Positions 49,716 through 61,837 of a stretch of 64,000 nt of DNA are shown piece after piece. Below the pieces are notes generated by a model. It searched no databases, was not told where the DNA came from, and saw only the letters and a list, made by a program, of their open reading frames with translations. The DNA is from an uncultured Ulvibacter sp. (GTDB taxonomy: Bacteria; Bacteroidota; Bacteroidia; Flavobacteriales; Flavobacteriaceae), in assembly GCA_963974915.1 (NCBI GenBank), contig CAXBES010000014.1, positions 49,633 to 113,632 of the forward strand, given 5' to 3'. Within the stretch, counting starts at the first letter, position 1; every line of letters starts with the position of its first letter. The position numbers and the translations under genes are program-made.

Positions 49716-49853
49716 AGTTAAACTTGTTTAACTACCCCCTCAAAGGAGAGTGTTTTATTATTTATAAAAGAGGCCCATTTTAAAAACCCTCTCTGCCCTT
49801 TGGGCATCTCACCCTAAGGGAGAGAAATATTATCAATTCTATTCAACTTATGG

Positions 49854-51374
<1,521 letters not shown>

Positions 51375-51587
51375 TTAGTACTATAGGAGTGCTTTAAGCA
51401 CCCTGATTTTCAACGGTGCAAAGATAGTTTTTTCTATTCTAATTTTGCAATGGAATTCTCTAAAAATTTACAGCTATTTTTATGGGGGCTTCTCTTTCGC
51501 TATACAGCCTTCTAAACCGAACTTCGATAAAGATGCCTCGCTTCAGAGAACCGCGCTTTCAGCGTTACACGCCTGCCAGCTCTAAGC

Positions 51588-51663
51588 CACAAGGCGAAGG
51601 CGGGGTAACCTGCTTCAATCACTGCCACAAGGCGAAGGCGGGGTAACCTGCTTCAATCACTGC
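51588..51663. repeat. perfect 2 x 38-bp tandem duplication (CCACAAGGCGAAGGCGGGGTAACCTGCTTCAATCACTG)
   Basis: Copy 1 at 51588-51625, copy 2 at 51626-51663, identical. Confidence 0.9.
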
Positions 51664-51797
51664 CCCAAGACCCCTCTGTCGCTAGTAGCGACATCTCCCC
51701 TAAGAGGAAGAAAAAACATTTTCATCCAAGACATCTCATATCATAAAATCATATGATCACGTCTGCCTTTTACCGAGAAATGCCACAGACGTTGAGA

Positions 51798-52691
51798 CTA
51801 AAGCGGCTCACAGTAGCCTCTAATCTTCTCCTTAAATAACTGCATGACCCTTTGCATTAAATCATTTTCTTTTGAAACCGACCGTCCGTCTATCTCCACT
51901 ACCGGCGTCAATTCACCCATAGTACCGGTTGCAAAGACAGCATCTGCATTAATAAACTCACTAAGCGACAAATCTGCTTCAACAATTTCGATTCCCTCTG
52001 CTTGGCACATTTCCATCACCGTATTTCTGGTAATTCCCGGTAAGCAGGCGTGTGCATAAGGTGTAAAAACCTTACCGTTCTTCGTCATAAAGAGATTACT
52101 CCCGTTTAGCTCTGCTACAAACCCTCTTTCATCTAACATCAACCCGGCATCTTTACCGGCTACATTCGCCTGGATCTTTGCTATAATATTATTCAACAAA
52201 TTATTATGATGGATCTTACTATCTAAAAATTGTGGAGCATTGCGCCTCTGACTGCTACTTATTACTTTAATTCCGCTGTCATTGTCATACACCAACGGTT
52301 TCCATTCGGCCAAAACGATTAAACACGAGCCACTTTGGTTCAAGCGAGGATCCATCCCGCTGGTGATCTTTTCACCTCGTGTTAATGTTAGTCGGATATG
52401 GGTGTCGTCGTGCATTCCATTGGCATCCAGAGTTTGTTTAATCGCCTGTTTTATAAATTCTTTGGTAGGTATATCACCAAAGGCAAGGGTCTTAGCCGAT
52501 TCATGTAACCTGCATAAATGTTTATCTAAGCAAACAATTCCTTCAGGGTAAACCCGTAAGCCTTCCCAAACCGCATCCCCACCCTGAACACTACTGTCGA
52601 ATACCGAAATTTTCGCTTCATTACGAGGATAGAGTCGGTCCTTAATATAAATTTGAATAGTATCGTTCTTGGGATTAGATTGTTGTAGCAT
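51798..52691 (-). CDS. class IV aminotransferase (branched-chain/D-amino acid aminotransferase or aminodeoxychorismate lyase family)
   Basis: Fold type IV PLP signature of about 297 aa (…E(R/L)GF…). Confidence 0.65.
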   Translation of the reverse strand: MLQQSNPKNDTIQIYIKDRLYPRNEAKISVFDSSVQGGDAVWEGLRVYPEGIVCLDKHLCRLHESAKTLAFGDIPTKEFIKQAIKQTLDANGMHDDTHIRLTLTRGEKITSGMDPRLNQSGSCLIVLAEWKPLVYDNDSGIKVISSSQRRNAPQFLDSKIHHNNLLNNIIAKIQANVAGKDAGLMLDERGFVAELNGSNLFMTKNGKVFTPYAHACLPGITRNTVMEMCQAEGIEIVEADLSLSEFINADAVFATGTMGELTPVVEIDGRSVSKENDLMQRVMQLFKEKIRGYCEPL

Positions 52692-52692
52692 A

Positions 52693-53418
52693 TTAATCGT
52701 TTTTTAGTATATGTTCTCGCAAGGTTTCGTAATAAGGTAGTGCCTCTTGTAACAAGGGTGAAAGTCTTTCAGACAAAGGCTCAGAGCTGCTTTTCTGTAG
52801 TGCAAATCCTTCAGAATTATGAACATTCTTATACCAATGTGGTGCCCAAACTCCGTCCTGAGGTATTCCTCCTTTGTTCCAGCTAAGCATTTCTTCAGAA
52901 TAAGACAAGTCTAATAAACCGCAAAGCTTCTTTAGATAACTTGACGGTGCTTTTAACAGCTCATCGCTATCAATAACTATTGGTGTTCTATTGCTTTCCT
53001 TCAGAAATAAAAACAATTCCGAAGCCTTTTTAACACCAATATCATCGAGTGTTGGGTTTTCTATCACTTTTGAAAATGAAGCGATCAACTTTTTAGGGTG
53101 ACGTATTAAAATTACATTCTCCCATTGGGTTATATATTTGGGGTCATTAGACAAATAGTGATGTGCCATTCCCTTTACGAACACATTTTTACCTGTCGCC
53201 AAACTATTTATTTGTGCAACGATATTATCTTCTTGCTGCTCCATCGTATTTAGGATCGCATCATGAGCCGGGTGGTTTATTATTACATTCGCATTCTTTA
53301 GATAAAAGGCATAAAAAGGTTCGTCTAAAACTTCAAAATCGGCGCGTTGTGCAAAGGAATACATTATTGCCGTCGAAAGATTTCTGGGCCCCGAAATGAG
53401 ATTAACGACTTTGTTCAT
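52693..53418 (-). CDS. sulfotransferase-like P-loop protein
   Basis: [10 protein letters not shown]-loop-like 5'-PSB motif. The start at MNKVV (53418) is preferred. Confidence 0.4.
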   Translation of the reverse strand: MNKVVNLISGPRNLSTAIMYSFAQRADFEVLDEPFYAFYLKNANVIINHPAHDAILNTMEQQEDNIVAQINSLATGKNVFVKGMAHHYLSNDPKYITQWENVILIRHPKKLIASFSKVIENPTLDDIGVKKASELFLFLKESNRTPIVIDSDELLKAPSSYLKKLCGLLDLSYSEEMLSWNKGGIPQDGVWAPHWYKNVHNSEGFALQKSSSEPLSERLSPLLQEALPYYETLREHILKND

Positions 53419-53469
53419 GTCTATAAAAGTAAGCGAAAAATTTAGAAGTCTGGAGTCAAAAGTCAAGAG

Positions 53470-53562
53470 ACGGGAGTCGGGAGACGGGAGTTGGGAGTTG
53501 GGAGTTGGAAGTTGGGAGTTGGGAGTTGGGAGTTGGGAGTTGGGAGTTGGGAGTTGGGAGTT
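53470..53562. repeat. heptanucleotide microsatellite (GGGAGTT)n, about 13 units (minus strand AACTCCC)
   Basis: Direct reading: GACGGGAGTC GGGAGAC then GGGAGTT x ~10 with one GGAAGTT variant. Confidence 0.95.
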
Positions 53563-53640
53563 TAATAAGTATAAATATAAAAGACCCAAACATTACTGTC
53601 TGAGTCTTTCTACTTTAAAATTTGATCTTTTTCTTTAGGT

Positions 53641-55488
53641 CTACTCTACAGTAACCGATTTTGCCAGATTACGTGGCTGATCTACGTTTCTATTTAGCAT
53701 AACCGCAATGTGATACGACAATAACTGCAATGGAATAGTAGTCACCAATGGAGTAAGCGTTTCCGGAGTATTAGGCACTTCCATAATATAGTCTGCCATT
53801 TCTCTAACAACGGTATCCCCTTTAGTCACTACCGCGATGATAACCCCTTTTCTGGATTTAATTTCCTGAATATTACTTACCACCTTATCATAATGATTAC
53901 TATTTATAGCAACCACTACCACCGGCATGTTTTCGTCGATCAAAGCAATTGGTCCGTGCTTCATTTCGGCAGCGGGATATCCTTCGGCGTGAATGTATGA
54001 GATCTCCTTTAGCTTTAGTGCTCCTTCAAGGGCAACCGGGAAATTGTAACCTCTTCCAAGATAAAGGAAATTAGATGCATCTTTAAATACCTCGGCAATT
54101 TCTTTAATCTTATCGTTACTCTTTAACGCCTCTTCCACATGCCCCGGAATCATTTCCAGTTCTCTAAGGTGCATAACATAATCGCTTTGCGAAATGGTAC
54201 CTTTTACCTTTGCAAGTTTAAGCGCTATCATTGTAAGTACAGTGATCTGTGTAGTAAATGCTTTAGTTGAGGCAACCCCGATCTCTGGACCTGCATGAGT
54301 ATATGTCCCACTGTGTGTCTCCCGAGAAATGGTAGATCCTACCACATTGCAAATTCCGTAAACGAAGGCTCCTTTAGATTTTGCCAGCTTTATCGCAGCG
54401 AGGGTATCTGCAGTTTCACCACTTTGTGAAATAGCGATTATTACGTCCTTTTCGGTAATAATTGGGTTTCTATATCTGAATTCGGATGCGTATTCTACCT
54501 CAACCGGGATTCTTGCCCAATCTTCAAAGATATATTCGGCCACTAAACCGGCGTGCCATGAAGTACCGCAAGCAACTATGATTATACGATCGGCATTGGT
54601 AAATTTCGATATGTAATCTTCTAAACCACCTAATTTAATAATCCCTTTTTCTGCTAATAGGCGTCCTCGATAGGTATCTTTAATAACCGAAGGTTGCTCG
54701 TAGATCTCCTTTAACATAAAGTGGTCGTAACCCCCTTTTTCAATTTGTTCAATATTCAGTTTTAATTCTTGAATATTTGGAAGAACAAGACTGTCACTTT
54801 TTATTTTACGAACCTTTACGTCTCTCCCTCTTCTAATAATAGCCATTTCTTCGTCTTCCAGATATATGGCATTATTTGTGAATTCGATAAATGGGGAAGC
54901 ATCACTGGCTACGAAAAATTCGTCATCTCCAATTCCGATGGCTAACGGACTCCCCAATTTAGCCACTACTATTTCGTCTGGCTTTCTTCTGTCGAATAAA
55001 GCGATAGCATAAGCGCCAACCACCTGATTTAATGCTATCTGAACAGCTTTTCCAAGCTTCACATTTTCCTGCTTTTTGATCTCTTCTATCAAATTCACAA
55101 GGACTTCTGTATCTGTATCAGAAGTAAAGGTATATCCTCTGTTTAAAAGTTCCTTTTTGATAGAAGCGTAATTTTCTATGATCCCATTGTGAATGATCAC
55201 AAGATCTCCGCTATTAGAATAATGTGGATGAGAATTTACATCGTTAGGAACTCCGTGTGTCGCCCAACGTGTATGCCCAATTCCTAAGGTTCCCTTGGTC
55301 TCGATCTCTTTGGCTACTCGTTTCTCTAGGTCAGCTACTTTTCCCTTTGTTTTACTTAATTGAATATCTGTTCCATCAAAAAGTGCAATTCCCGCACTAT
55401 CATATCCTCTGTATTCTAAACGCTTTAAACCGTTGATAATTATAGGAAAGGCTTCTCTATTACCAATGTAACCAACTATTCCACACAT
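53641..55488 (-). CDS. glmS: glutamine--fructose-6-phosphate aminotransferase
   Basis: MCGIVGY N-terminal Ntn Cys and two SIS domains; 615 aa. Confidence 0.97.
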   Translation of the reverse strand: MCGIVGYIGNREAFPIIINGLKRLEYRGYDSAGIALFDGTDIQLSKTKGKVADLEKRVAKEIETKGTLGIGHTRWATHGVPNDVNSHPHYSNSGDLVIIHNGIIENYASIKKELLNRGYTFTSDTDTEVLVNLIEEIKKQENVKLGKAVQIALNQVVGAYAIALFDRRKPDEIVVAKLGSPLAIGIGDDEFFVASDASPFIEFTNNAIYLEDEEMAIIRRGRDVKVRKIKSDSLVLPNIQELKLNIEQIEKGGYDHFMLKEIYEQPSVIKDTYRGRLLAEKGIIKLGGLEDYISKFTNADRIIIVACGTSWHAGLVAEYIFEDWARIPVEVEYASEFRYRNPIITEKDVIIAISQSGETADTLAAIKLAKSKGAFVYGICNVVGSTISRETHSGTYTHAGPEIGVASTKAFTTQITVLTMIALKLAKVKGTISQSDYVMHLRELEMIPGHVEEALKSNDKIKEIAEVFKDASNFLYLGRGYNFPVALEGALKLKEISYIHAEGYPAAEMKHGPIALIDENMPVVVVAINSNHYDKVVSNIQEIKSRKGVIIAVVTKGDTVVREMADYIMEVPNTPETLTPLVTTIPLQLLSYHIAVMLNRNVDQPRNLAKSVTVE

Positions 55489-55498
55489 AGTTTTCTAT

Positions 55499-57088
55499 TT
55501 AATTAGGTTCTGTATAATAAATTTGAAGTTTTAGTCTTTTCTCAGGGTTCGGACTATTATTACCGTGCAGGATAGTTCCCTGGTGTGAGATCACACCACT
55601 TGCAGGTACCGATTCTACTCCGGGATCCAGCATTTCTTCTAAACTTTGGAAATCTGGCGTAGTAACATTTTGCGATACGATCAAACCTAATGGAACATTT
55701 GTAGAATCTTTGTTGATCAAGTTACTGATATGATGGGTAATTTTAATTTTATAGTAATCCCCAATTTCATCGGTCCCACGTTCTAAAATACCCAAATGCT
55801 CGTTTAAGGCTTCGTAAGGAGAAAGACCTGCGGTAATATCAAGAGAGTAATCTACCAAAGCATTACTATTTTGAGCATCATAGATAATAAGTCTTTCCGG
55901 CTCTGAATCTCCGCCTGCAATCATACTTTGATCTACGTAAAAAATAAGATTTGCTTCATTTACCAACCATTTTTGATCTCTAAGAGTTTCCAACTCATCT
56001 GCAACTCCATTGTCATCCAGATCTTCTCCAAAGAGCTCAATTATGGATACAATTCCTTCTCCCCCTCTAACGTAAAGGTTTTCTTCTCCTTCAACTGTAT
56101 TTGGTTCAGAAAGTGCGCTCTCGATTGGTCCCGGAAGTGAAGTTTCATAGACATTAACAGCAACAGGACCTAAAGATATTCCAAGATCGCCCGGGCTATT
56201 TTCGGTAATAACATTTCCGTCTTCATCGGTATAAGTGATTTCAGACTGGTAGTACATCGTGATTTTGCTCTCTTCCAGATCGAACAAGAAAAGGTTATCA
56301 CCCGCATTTCCTTCAACATCAAAATAGATACCTCTAAAATACTCTCTGAAATTATTATTGTTTATTAATGAAACTGTTCCCTCTTGCGCCATGATCTTCT
56401 GAAGAAAGAAGTCCAGCGGTAATTTTACACGTAAACCGGGAGCTAATACAACCTCATCGGGTTCATCACCTTCATCATCTCCGTCTTCTACTAAAGTTAC
56501 TATTCCTTGGTTACTAGGTACGAAGTCGTTAATGAGCGTAATCAGTCCTTCTTGGCTATCTACTAAATAGCTTTCAAATAGTGGGCCTTGATTAGAGTAA
56601 TATTTTTGTTCCTCCTGAAAACCTGTGTCGGGATCCAAATCTCTCAAAAAGTAATTAGATTCATATACCGTGATGTTTATTGGGTTGCTTCCATAAACGG
56701 AATCTAACTCAAAGGTGGTAACGTCTCCATCTACGGTTTCTTCACTGTAAAATGGCATATAAAGCACTACACTATCCAGAACAGGGTTGGTACCGAAAAC
56801 AGGAGCAGTATCATCTAAAAACACCTGAGTAAGGAGATTTACGGTAGATTTTCCGTAAACAGGATCGTTATACACTCCTAATTGATAGGTAGGTAAACCG
56901 TTGGTTTGAACTCCATTTAATTTTCTGCTATAACTTATAACAGAATTACTTTCGTACAAGGTTGCGTTAATATTCTGATCTCCAATAATATTAGTTCCTA
57001 TTGTACTAAAATCTTCTTCACAGGATGCAAATCCAATTATTAAAAATAATATTGCCGCAAGTTTTGGCAATGTATTCTTTATTTTCAT
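55499..57088 (-). CDS. DUF4270-like lipoprotein
   Basis: Lipobox (GFASCEED). Conserved position between glycogen synthase and glmS in Bacteroidota. Confidence 0.55.
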   Translation of the reverse strand: MKIKNTLPKLAAILFLIIGFASCEEDFSTIGTNIIGDQNINATLYESNSVISYSRKLNGVQTNGLPTYQLGVYNDPVYGKSTVNLLTQVFLDDTAPVFGTNPVLDSVVLYMPFYSEETVDGDVTTFELDSVYGSNPINITVYESNYFLRDLDPDTGFQEEQKYYSNQGPLFESYLVDSQEGLITLINDFVPSNQGIVTLVEDGDDEGDEPDEVVLAPGLRVKLPLDFFLQKIMAQEGTVSLINNNNFREYFRGIYFDVEGNAGDNLFLFDLEESKITMYYQSEITYTDEDGNVITENSPGDLGISLGPVAVNVYETSLPGPIESALSEPNTVEGEENLYVRGGEGIVSIIELFGEDLDDNGVADELETLRDQKWLVNEANLIFYVDQSMIAGGDSEPERLIIYDAQNSNALVDYSLDITAGLSPYEALNEHLGILERGTDEIGDYYKIKITHHISNLINKDSTNVPLGLIVSQNVTTPDFQSLEEMLDPGVESVPASGVISHQGTILHGNNSPNPEKRLKLQIYYTEPN

Positions 57089-57223
57089 CTATTCTATATG
57101 TTTTCTAAAAGGAAGATACCCACCTGGTGTTAGCGCAGGAAACGTCATTAAATCATATCCTTTGTCGTTTTGTTGTATGCTAATGGGGCATTTCAAAAGC
57201 ATTCTTCTTGTATTCTATTTACG

Positions 57224-58030
57224 TTAAAGTACTTTAGTCTCGTAAAAGTCTAAATAAGCCTGTGAAAAATCATCAAAATTATGATACTTTAACACAGGTT
57301 TGTCGAGATTGTTAAGAAACTCTTCCAGTTCTTCAGGAATTTCTTCGGAACCAACAATAACAGCATCCGAATTATTAATCGCAACCTTCATGACATTCTC
57401 ATAACTCGGTGTCTCTAAAGGTGCAATAACATCTTCTTCGATCGCGTCAAATCTAATTTTATCAATAGTTGTATTATCTAACGTACCGGTGAAGCCTTGA
57501 TTGTATACAGAAGTAACTATTTTACTATTTTCGAATAAGGGTTCGTTTCCGTAGTAATTTCTCAGGTAAAGTGGCAAAAACGAAGCCAACCATCCATGAA
57601 CATGGATAATATCTGGTGACCAATTCAGCTTTTTCACAGTTTCTATTACCCCTTTTGCGAAGAAAATAGCACGTTCATCGTTATCCGGAAAGAAAACTCC
57701 ATCTTCATCGGCGTACGTTGCTTTGCGTTTAAAATAATCTTCATTATCTATAAAGTATACCTGCATTCTTTCCTTCGGAATTGACGCTACTTTAATGATA
57801 AGTGGCATATCAAGATCGTTAATCACAAGATTCATCCCCGAAAGGCGAATCACTTCGTGTAGTTGGTGTCGACGCTCATTAATATTGCCATAACGTGGCA
57901 TAAAAATTCGAATTTGCCCGTTATTGTTGTTTACCATTTTAGGGGCTTCAAACGACATTGAAGAAATCTCGGTCTCCGGTAGGTATGGAATAACTTCAGA
58001 AGACACGTACAAGACTCTCTTATCTTTCAT
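57224..58030 (-). CDS. glgA: glycogen synthase-like protein (GT5 N-terminal domain only, short form)
   Basis: Starch-synthase catalytic-domain N-terminus (…VSSEV…P…K…GGL-like), only 268 aa. Confidence 0.6.
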   Translation of the reverse strand: MKDKRVLYVSSEVIPYLPETEISSMSFEAPKMVNNNNGQIRIFMPRYGNINERRHQLHEVIRLSGMNLVINDLDMPLIIKVASIPKERMQVYFIDNEDYFKRKATYADEDGVFFPDNDERAIFFAKGVIETVKKLNWSPDIIHVHGWLASFLPLYLRNYYGNEPLFENSKIVTSVYNQGFTGTLDNTTIDKIRFDAIEEDVIAPLETPSYENVMKVAINNSDAVIVGSEEIPEELEEFLNNLDKPVLKYHNFDDFSQAYLDFYETKVL

Positions 58031-58134
58031 AAATCAGTACTTTATTGGCTTTCAAATTAAAAACACGCAAAATTACGAAAATTTATGAAGATTGCGCTTA
58101 ATTTATTAAGTTAGCTGGTTATTAATTCTACTTT

Positions 58135-58986
58135 ATGGGTATCTATACCAATCGGGAATTACTTTCCGAAGCAATTTCTAAAAATTTTAAAGGTAAAAAG
58201 ATAGGTTTTGTTCCCACCATGGGCGCCTTACACAAGGGACATTTATCATTGGTGAAAAGAGCTCTGCAGGATAATGATGGAGTCGTAGTAAGCATTTTTG
58301 TAAATCCGACGCAATTTGACAATGCAACCGACCTGGACAAATATCCGCGTACCCTTGAGAATGACGTGAGCTTACTGAAAAGTATAAAAGGGAAAGTGCT
58401 GGTGTTTGCTCCCAATGCTTCAGATCTCTATAATGGGAAGGTGGTTTCTAAAAAATACAACTTCGGAAAGCTCGAAAATGAAATGGAGGGTAAACATCGG
58501 AAAGGACATTTCGACGGAGTTGGTACAGTGGTAAATCTTTTACTTCGTGCAGTAGATCCCGATAAAGCATATTTTGGAGAAAAAGATTTTCAGCAATTAC
58601 AAATTGTAAAAAAACTATTAGAAATAGAGGGTCTTTCTGTAAAAATAATTGGCTGCCCCATTGTTCGTGAATCCAATGGTCTCGCAATGAGTTCTCGGAA
58701 TAAACGACTTACAAAAGAACAGTTTGATGAAGCCGCATTTATATATAAAACTCTTTCAGAAGTAAAAAATAAATTTAATACACATTCCATCACTCAACTC
58801 ACGCGCCATGTTCACAAAGTGTTTTCTGAAAATAAGATGCTCACTCTCGAATATTTTGAGATCACCAACGAAAAAAATCTGAAAACGGCGATCAGGAAAC
58901 GTGATGGAAATACATACCGCGCTTTTATAGCTGTTTTTGCCGGCGATGTACGATTAATCGATAATTTATCGCTTGGAAAATGGTGA
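58135..58986 (+). CDS. panC: pantoate--beta-alanine ligase
   Basis: GFVPTMGALHKGH HIGH-like motif; 283 aa. Confidence 0.95.
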   Translation: MGIYTNRELLSEAISKNFKGKKIGFVPTMGALHKGHLSLVKRALQDNDGVVVSIFVNPTQFDNATDLDKYPRTLENDVSLLKSIKGKVLVFAPNASDLYNGKVVSKKYNFGKLENEMEGKHRKGHFDGVGTVVNLLLRAVDPDKAYFGEKDFQQLQIVKKLLEIEGLSVKIIGCPIVRESNGLAMSSRNKRLTKEQFDEAAFIYKTLSEVKNKFNTHSITQLTRHVHKVFSENKMLTLEYFEITNEKNLKTAIRKRDGNTYRAFIAVFAGDVRLIDNLSLGKW

Positions 58987-59080
58987 TCGGCAATAAATGA
59001 TTATACCAGCTATTTTCGTCTTAATTCAGATTTCAGACTTTACACTTTAGAAATTTTGAAATAAGAAGTATCTTTGCGCC

Positions 59081-59431
59081 ATGTTAATACACGTAGTAAA
59101 ATCTAAGATTCACAGAGTAAAAGTTACAGGTGCAGACCTTAACTACATTGGAAGTATCACGATCGATGAAGATTTGTTAGATGCCGCAAACATTACCGAA
59201 GGTGAGAAAGTTCAAATCGTAAATAACAATAACGGTGAACGTCTTGAAACGTATGCAATTCCCGGGCCACGTGGGAGTGGTGAAATTACTCTTAATGGAG
59301 CAGCGGCTCGTAAAGTAGCTCCCGGCGATATCCTTATTCTAATTACATACGCTTTAATGAGTATGGAGGAAGCCAAGAAATTTAAGCCTGCATTGGTGTT
59401 TCCAAATGAGGAAAATAATCTCCTAACCTAA
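59081..59431 (+). CDS. panD: aspartate 1-decarboxylase
   Basis: …[21 protein letters not shown]… with Gly-Ser processing site context. Confidence 0.93.
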   Translation: MLIHVVKSKIHRVKVTGADLNYIGSITIDEDLLDAANITEGEKVQIVNNNNGERLETYAIPGPRGSGEITLNGAAARKVAPGDILILITYALMSMEEAKKFKPALVFPNEENNLLT

Positions 59432-59432
59432 T

Positions 59433-60419
59433 TTGAAAAAATCTGTTTCAAAGTTTTTATCAATTTCCATCCCTCTGGGATTAGGGGTCTTTTTGATCTG
59501 GTACATCTACAATTCATTTACGGCCGAACAACTAGCCGAAACCAAGGCTTACTTTAGCAACGCAAATTACGGTTTTGTCCTCCTGTCGGTTGTCTTTAGT
59601 GTTCTAAGCCATTTATCGCGTGCTTACAGATGGTCATTTATGCTGGAGCCTCTGGGATACCGCCCAAAATTAGCCAATAATTTTATGGCGATCTCTGTCG
59701 CTTATTTAATGAATATCTTTATTCCGAAAAGTGGAGAATTCTCCCGCGGAATCATCCTCGACAAATACGAAGGAGTCCCATTTGAAAAGGGATTCGGCAC
59801 CATAATTTCTGAAAGGGTCATCGATCTAATATTCCTGCTTGCTTTCACTTTATTAGCGCTCTTTTTAAAATTTGACGTTCTTTTTGATTACTTATCGGAA
59901 ACTATTCCCCTCTCAACTGTTTATAAGATAATTGGTGGTTTAGTGTTCGTTGGGCTTATATCATTACTGTTTCTGAAATTTTCGAAGTCTAATATCAATA
60001 AAAAGGTAAAACAATTTGTAATTGGCTTAAAAGACGGACTTTTCAGTATTGTTAAAATGAAGAAAAAGGGAGCCTTTATATTTCATAGTTTCGTAATCTG
60101 GGGACTCTATATTTTATCGTTTTACACCGCCCTTTTTGCCCTGCCCGAAACCTCGTCTATTGGCTTCGGAACAATTATTATAACCTTCGTTGTAGGTAGT
60201 TTTACATTCGCCTTTACTAACAGCGGATTTGGAACCTACCCGGCAGCGATCGCAGGAATTATGACCATATTTGGAATTTCCAAAACCGTAGGTGTCGCTT
60301 TTGGATGGATCGTTTGGACCTCGAATATTGCTTCTATCTTATTCTTTGGAGTCGTTTCGCTTTTATTACTTCCCATCTATAATCGCAGAAAAAGTAGAAT
60401 TTCTAATTCTGAAAGCTAA
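59433..60419 (+). CDS. lysylphosphatidylglycerol-synthase-TM-like (flippase-like) membrane protein
   Basis: 8 TM helices with an LPG_synthase_TM-type N-terminus. Confidence 0.6.
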   Translation: MKKSVSKFLSISIPLGLGVFLIWYIYNSFTAEQLAETKAYFSNANYGFVLLSVVFSVLSHLSRAYRWSFMLEPLGYRPKLANNFMAISVAYLMNIFIPKSGEFSRGIILDKYEGVPFEKGFGTIISERVIDLIFLLAFTLLALFLKFDVLFDYLSETIPLSTVYKIIGGLVFVGLISLLFLKFSKSNINKKVKQFVIGLKDGLFSIVKMKKKGAFIFHSFVIWGLYILSFYTALFALPETSSIGFGTIIITFVVGSFTFAFTNSGFGTYPAAIAGIMTIFGISKTVGVAFGWIVWTSNIASILFFGVVSLLLLPIYNRRKSRISNSES

Positions 60420-60462
60420 CAATTCTAAATTTTGCTATCTTTCGGCTTCCAAAATCTATTTT

Positions 60463-61611
60463 ATGAAAAAATTACTTCTCCTTACGTGCTGTGTTTTTTT
60501 TAGCGTTGCAGCCTCAGCTCAAATTATTTATGAAGAATTCAATTCATCGAAACTAGGTGAATCACGAAGACTTAAAATTCAACTCCCAAGAAATTACGAA
60601 AACAATATAGATAAGGTGTATCCAATTGTTTTAGTGTTAGATGCAGATTATCTTTTCGAACCTGTAGCCGGAAACGTAGATTATTTCAGCTACTGGGAAG
60701 ATATGCCCGAATCTATCGTTGTGGGAATCATGCAAGGAGACGGAAGATACGATGATTGTAACTATGATGATACCAATTTTGTTCCCGCTGAAAAAGGGGC
60801 AGATTTCTTTGAGTTTATAGGTTTAGAACTTATTCCGCACATTGATGACACGTATAGGACAGCAAAATTTATAATCGCAGTGGGTCACGATTTTACTGCG
60901 AACTTTATTAATTACTACCTTTTTAAAGACCCTCCATTATTTAATGGATATATTAATCTAAGTCCGGACCTCGCGCCTATGATGGAACAGCGACTCCCTG
61001 AAAGAATTCCATCTGTAGAATCGAAAATTTTCTACTATATGGCTACCGGAACCGATGATATTAAAGGGCTTATGGAAAGTACAGAAGCTCTTAACCGCTC
61101 ATTAAAAGGACTACAAAGCGATAACTTTAATTATTATTACGACAATTTCGAAGGAGCAACGCACTACTCGCTGGTTGGGCGTGGTATTCCTAATGCATTG
61201 GAGAAAATATTTTCGGTATATAGACCAATTAGTAAAACAGAATACAAAGATGTTCTACTTAAAATGGAAACACCAATTCACGAATATCTCGTGGAAAAAT
61301 ATAAAACTATTGAAGATCTCTTCGGACTCACGAATCCAATTAGAGTAAACGATTTTATCGCTACGAGTACCGCAGTAGAGAAGAAAAAGCAATGGGAATC
61401 TTTAAGAGAATTAGGTACGATGGCTAAAAAACAATATCCCGATACTGTATTGGGAGATTACTATCTAGGGCGTTATTATGAAGAAATTGGTGAGCCAAAA
61501 AAGGCAATGCGTACCTTTCAGGGGGCTTTCGATAAAGAGGAAGTTGATTTTATAACTATTGATCTTATGTTAGACAGAGCCGATAAGATAAAAACCGATT
61601 TTGGTTATTAA
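60463..61611 (+). CDS. secreted alpha/beta-hydrolase (putative esterase family) with C-terminal TPR-like region
   Basis: Signal peptide MKKLLLLTCCVFFSVAASAQ. Esterase block (…PIVLVLDADYLFE…). The ATG at 60463 is preferred over the upstream ORF start. Confidence 0.6.
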   Translation: MKKLLLLTCCVFFSVAASAQIIYEEFNSSKLGESRRLKIQLPRNYENNIDKVYPIVLVLDADYLFEPVAGNVDYFSYWEDMPESIVVGIMQGDGRYDDCNYDDTNFVPAEKGADFFEFIGLELIPHIDDTYRTAKFIIAVGHDFTANFINYYLFKDPPLFNGYINLSPDLAPMMEQRLPERIPSVESKIFYYMATGTDDIKGLMESTEALNRSLKGLQSDNFNYYYDNFEGATHYSLVGRGIPNALEKIFSVYRPISKTEYKDVLLKMETPIHEYLVEKYKTIEDLFGLTNPIRVNDFIATSTAVEKKKQWESLRELGTMAKKQYPDTVLGDYYLGRYYEEIGEPKKAMRTFQGAFDKEEVDFITIDLMLDRADKIKTDFGY

Positions 61612-61837
61612 AATGTTTTCTTCGGAAAAAACCCTCCGTCGCCAGAGCTAAGGAGGGATTTTGGTTAGCTATTAAATTGAAAAGCTTCTGTCTGCAATAA
61701 CTCTTGCAGTGTTTCTTTAAGTCTTTCTGAAGGAGTTGATGGCTTATCTTGTTTCATATTCTTAAGACTTGCTTCGGAAAGTTCTTTTAGTTCTAACTTA
61801 CTTTTGCCGTATAGTTTTTTTCTGAAAGTATCCATCC

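Noticed and set aside
53419-53589. N-terminal NSQLPTP x4 extension of ORF 52693..53589
   Set aside because: It is simply the in-frame translation of the (AACTCCC)n microsatellite. The conserved protein begins at MNKVV (53418).
60292-60462. Upstream extension of the esterase ORF (start 60292)
   Set aside because: It overlaps the preceding gene. A typical signal peptide begins at the ATG at 60463.
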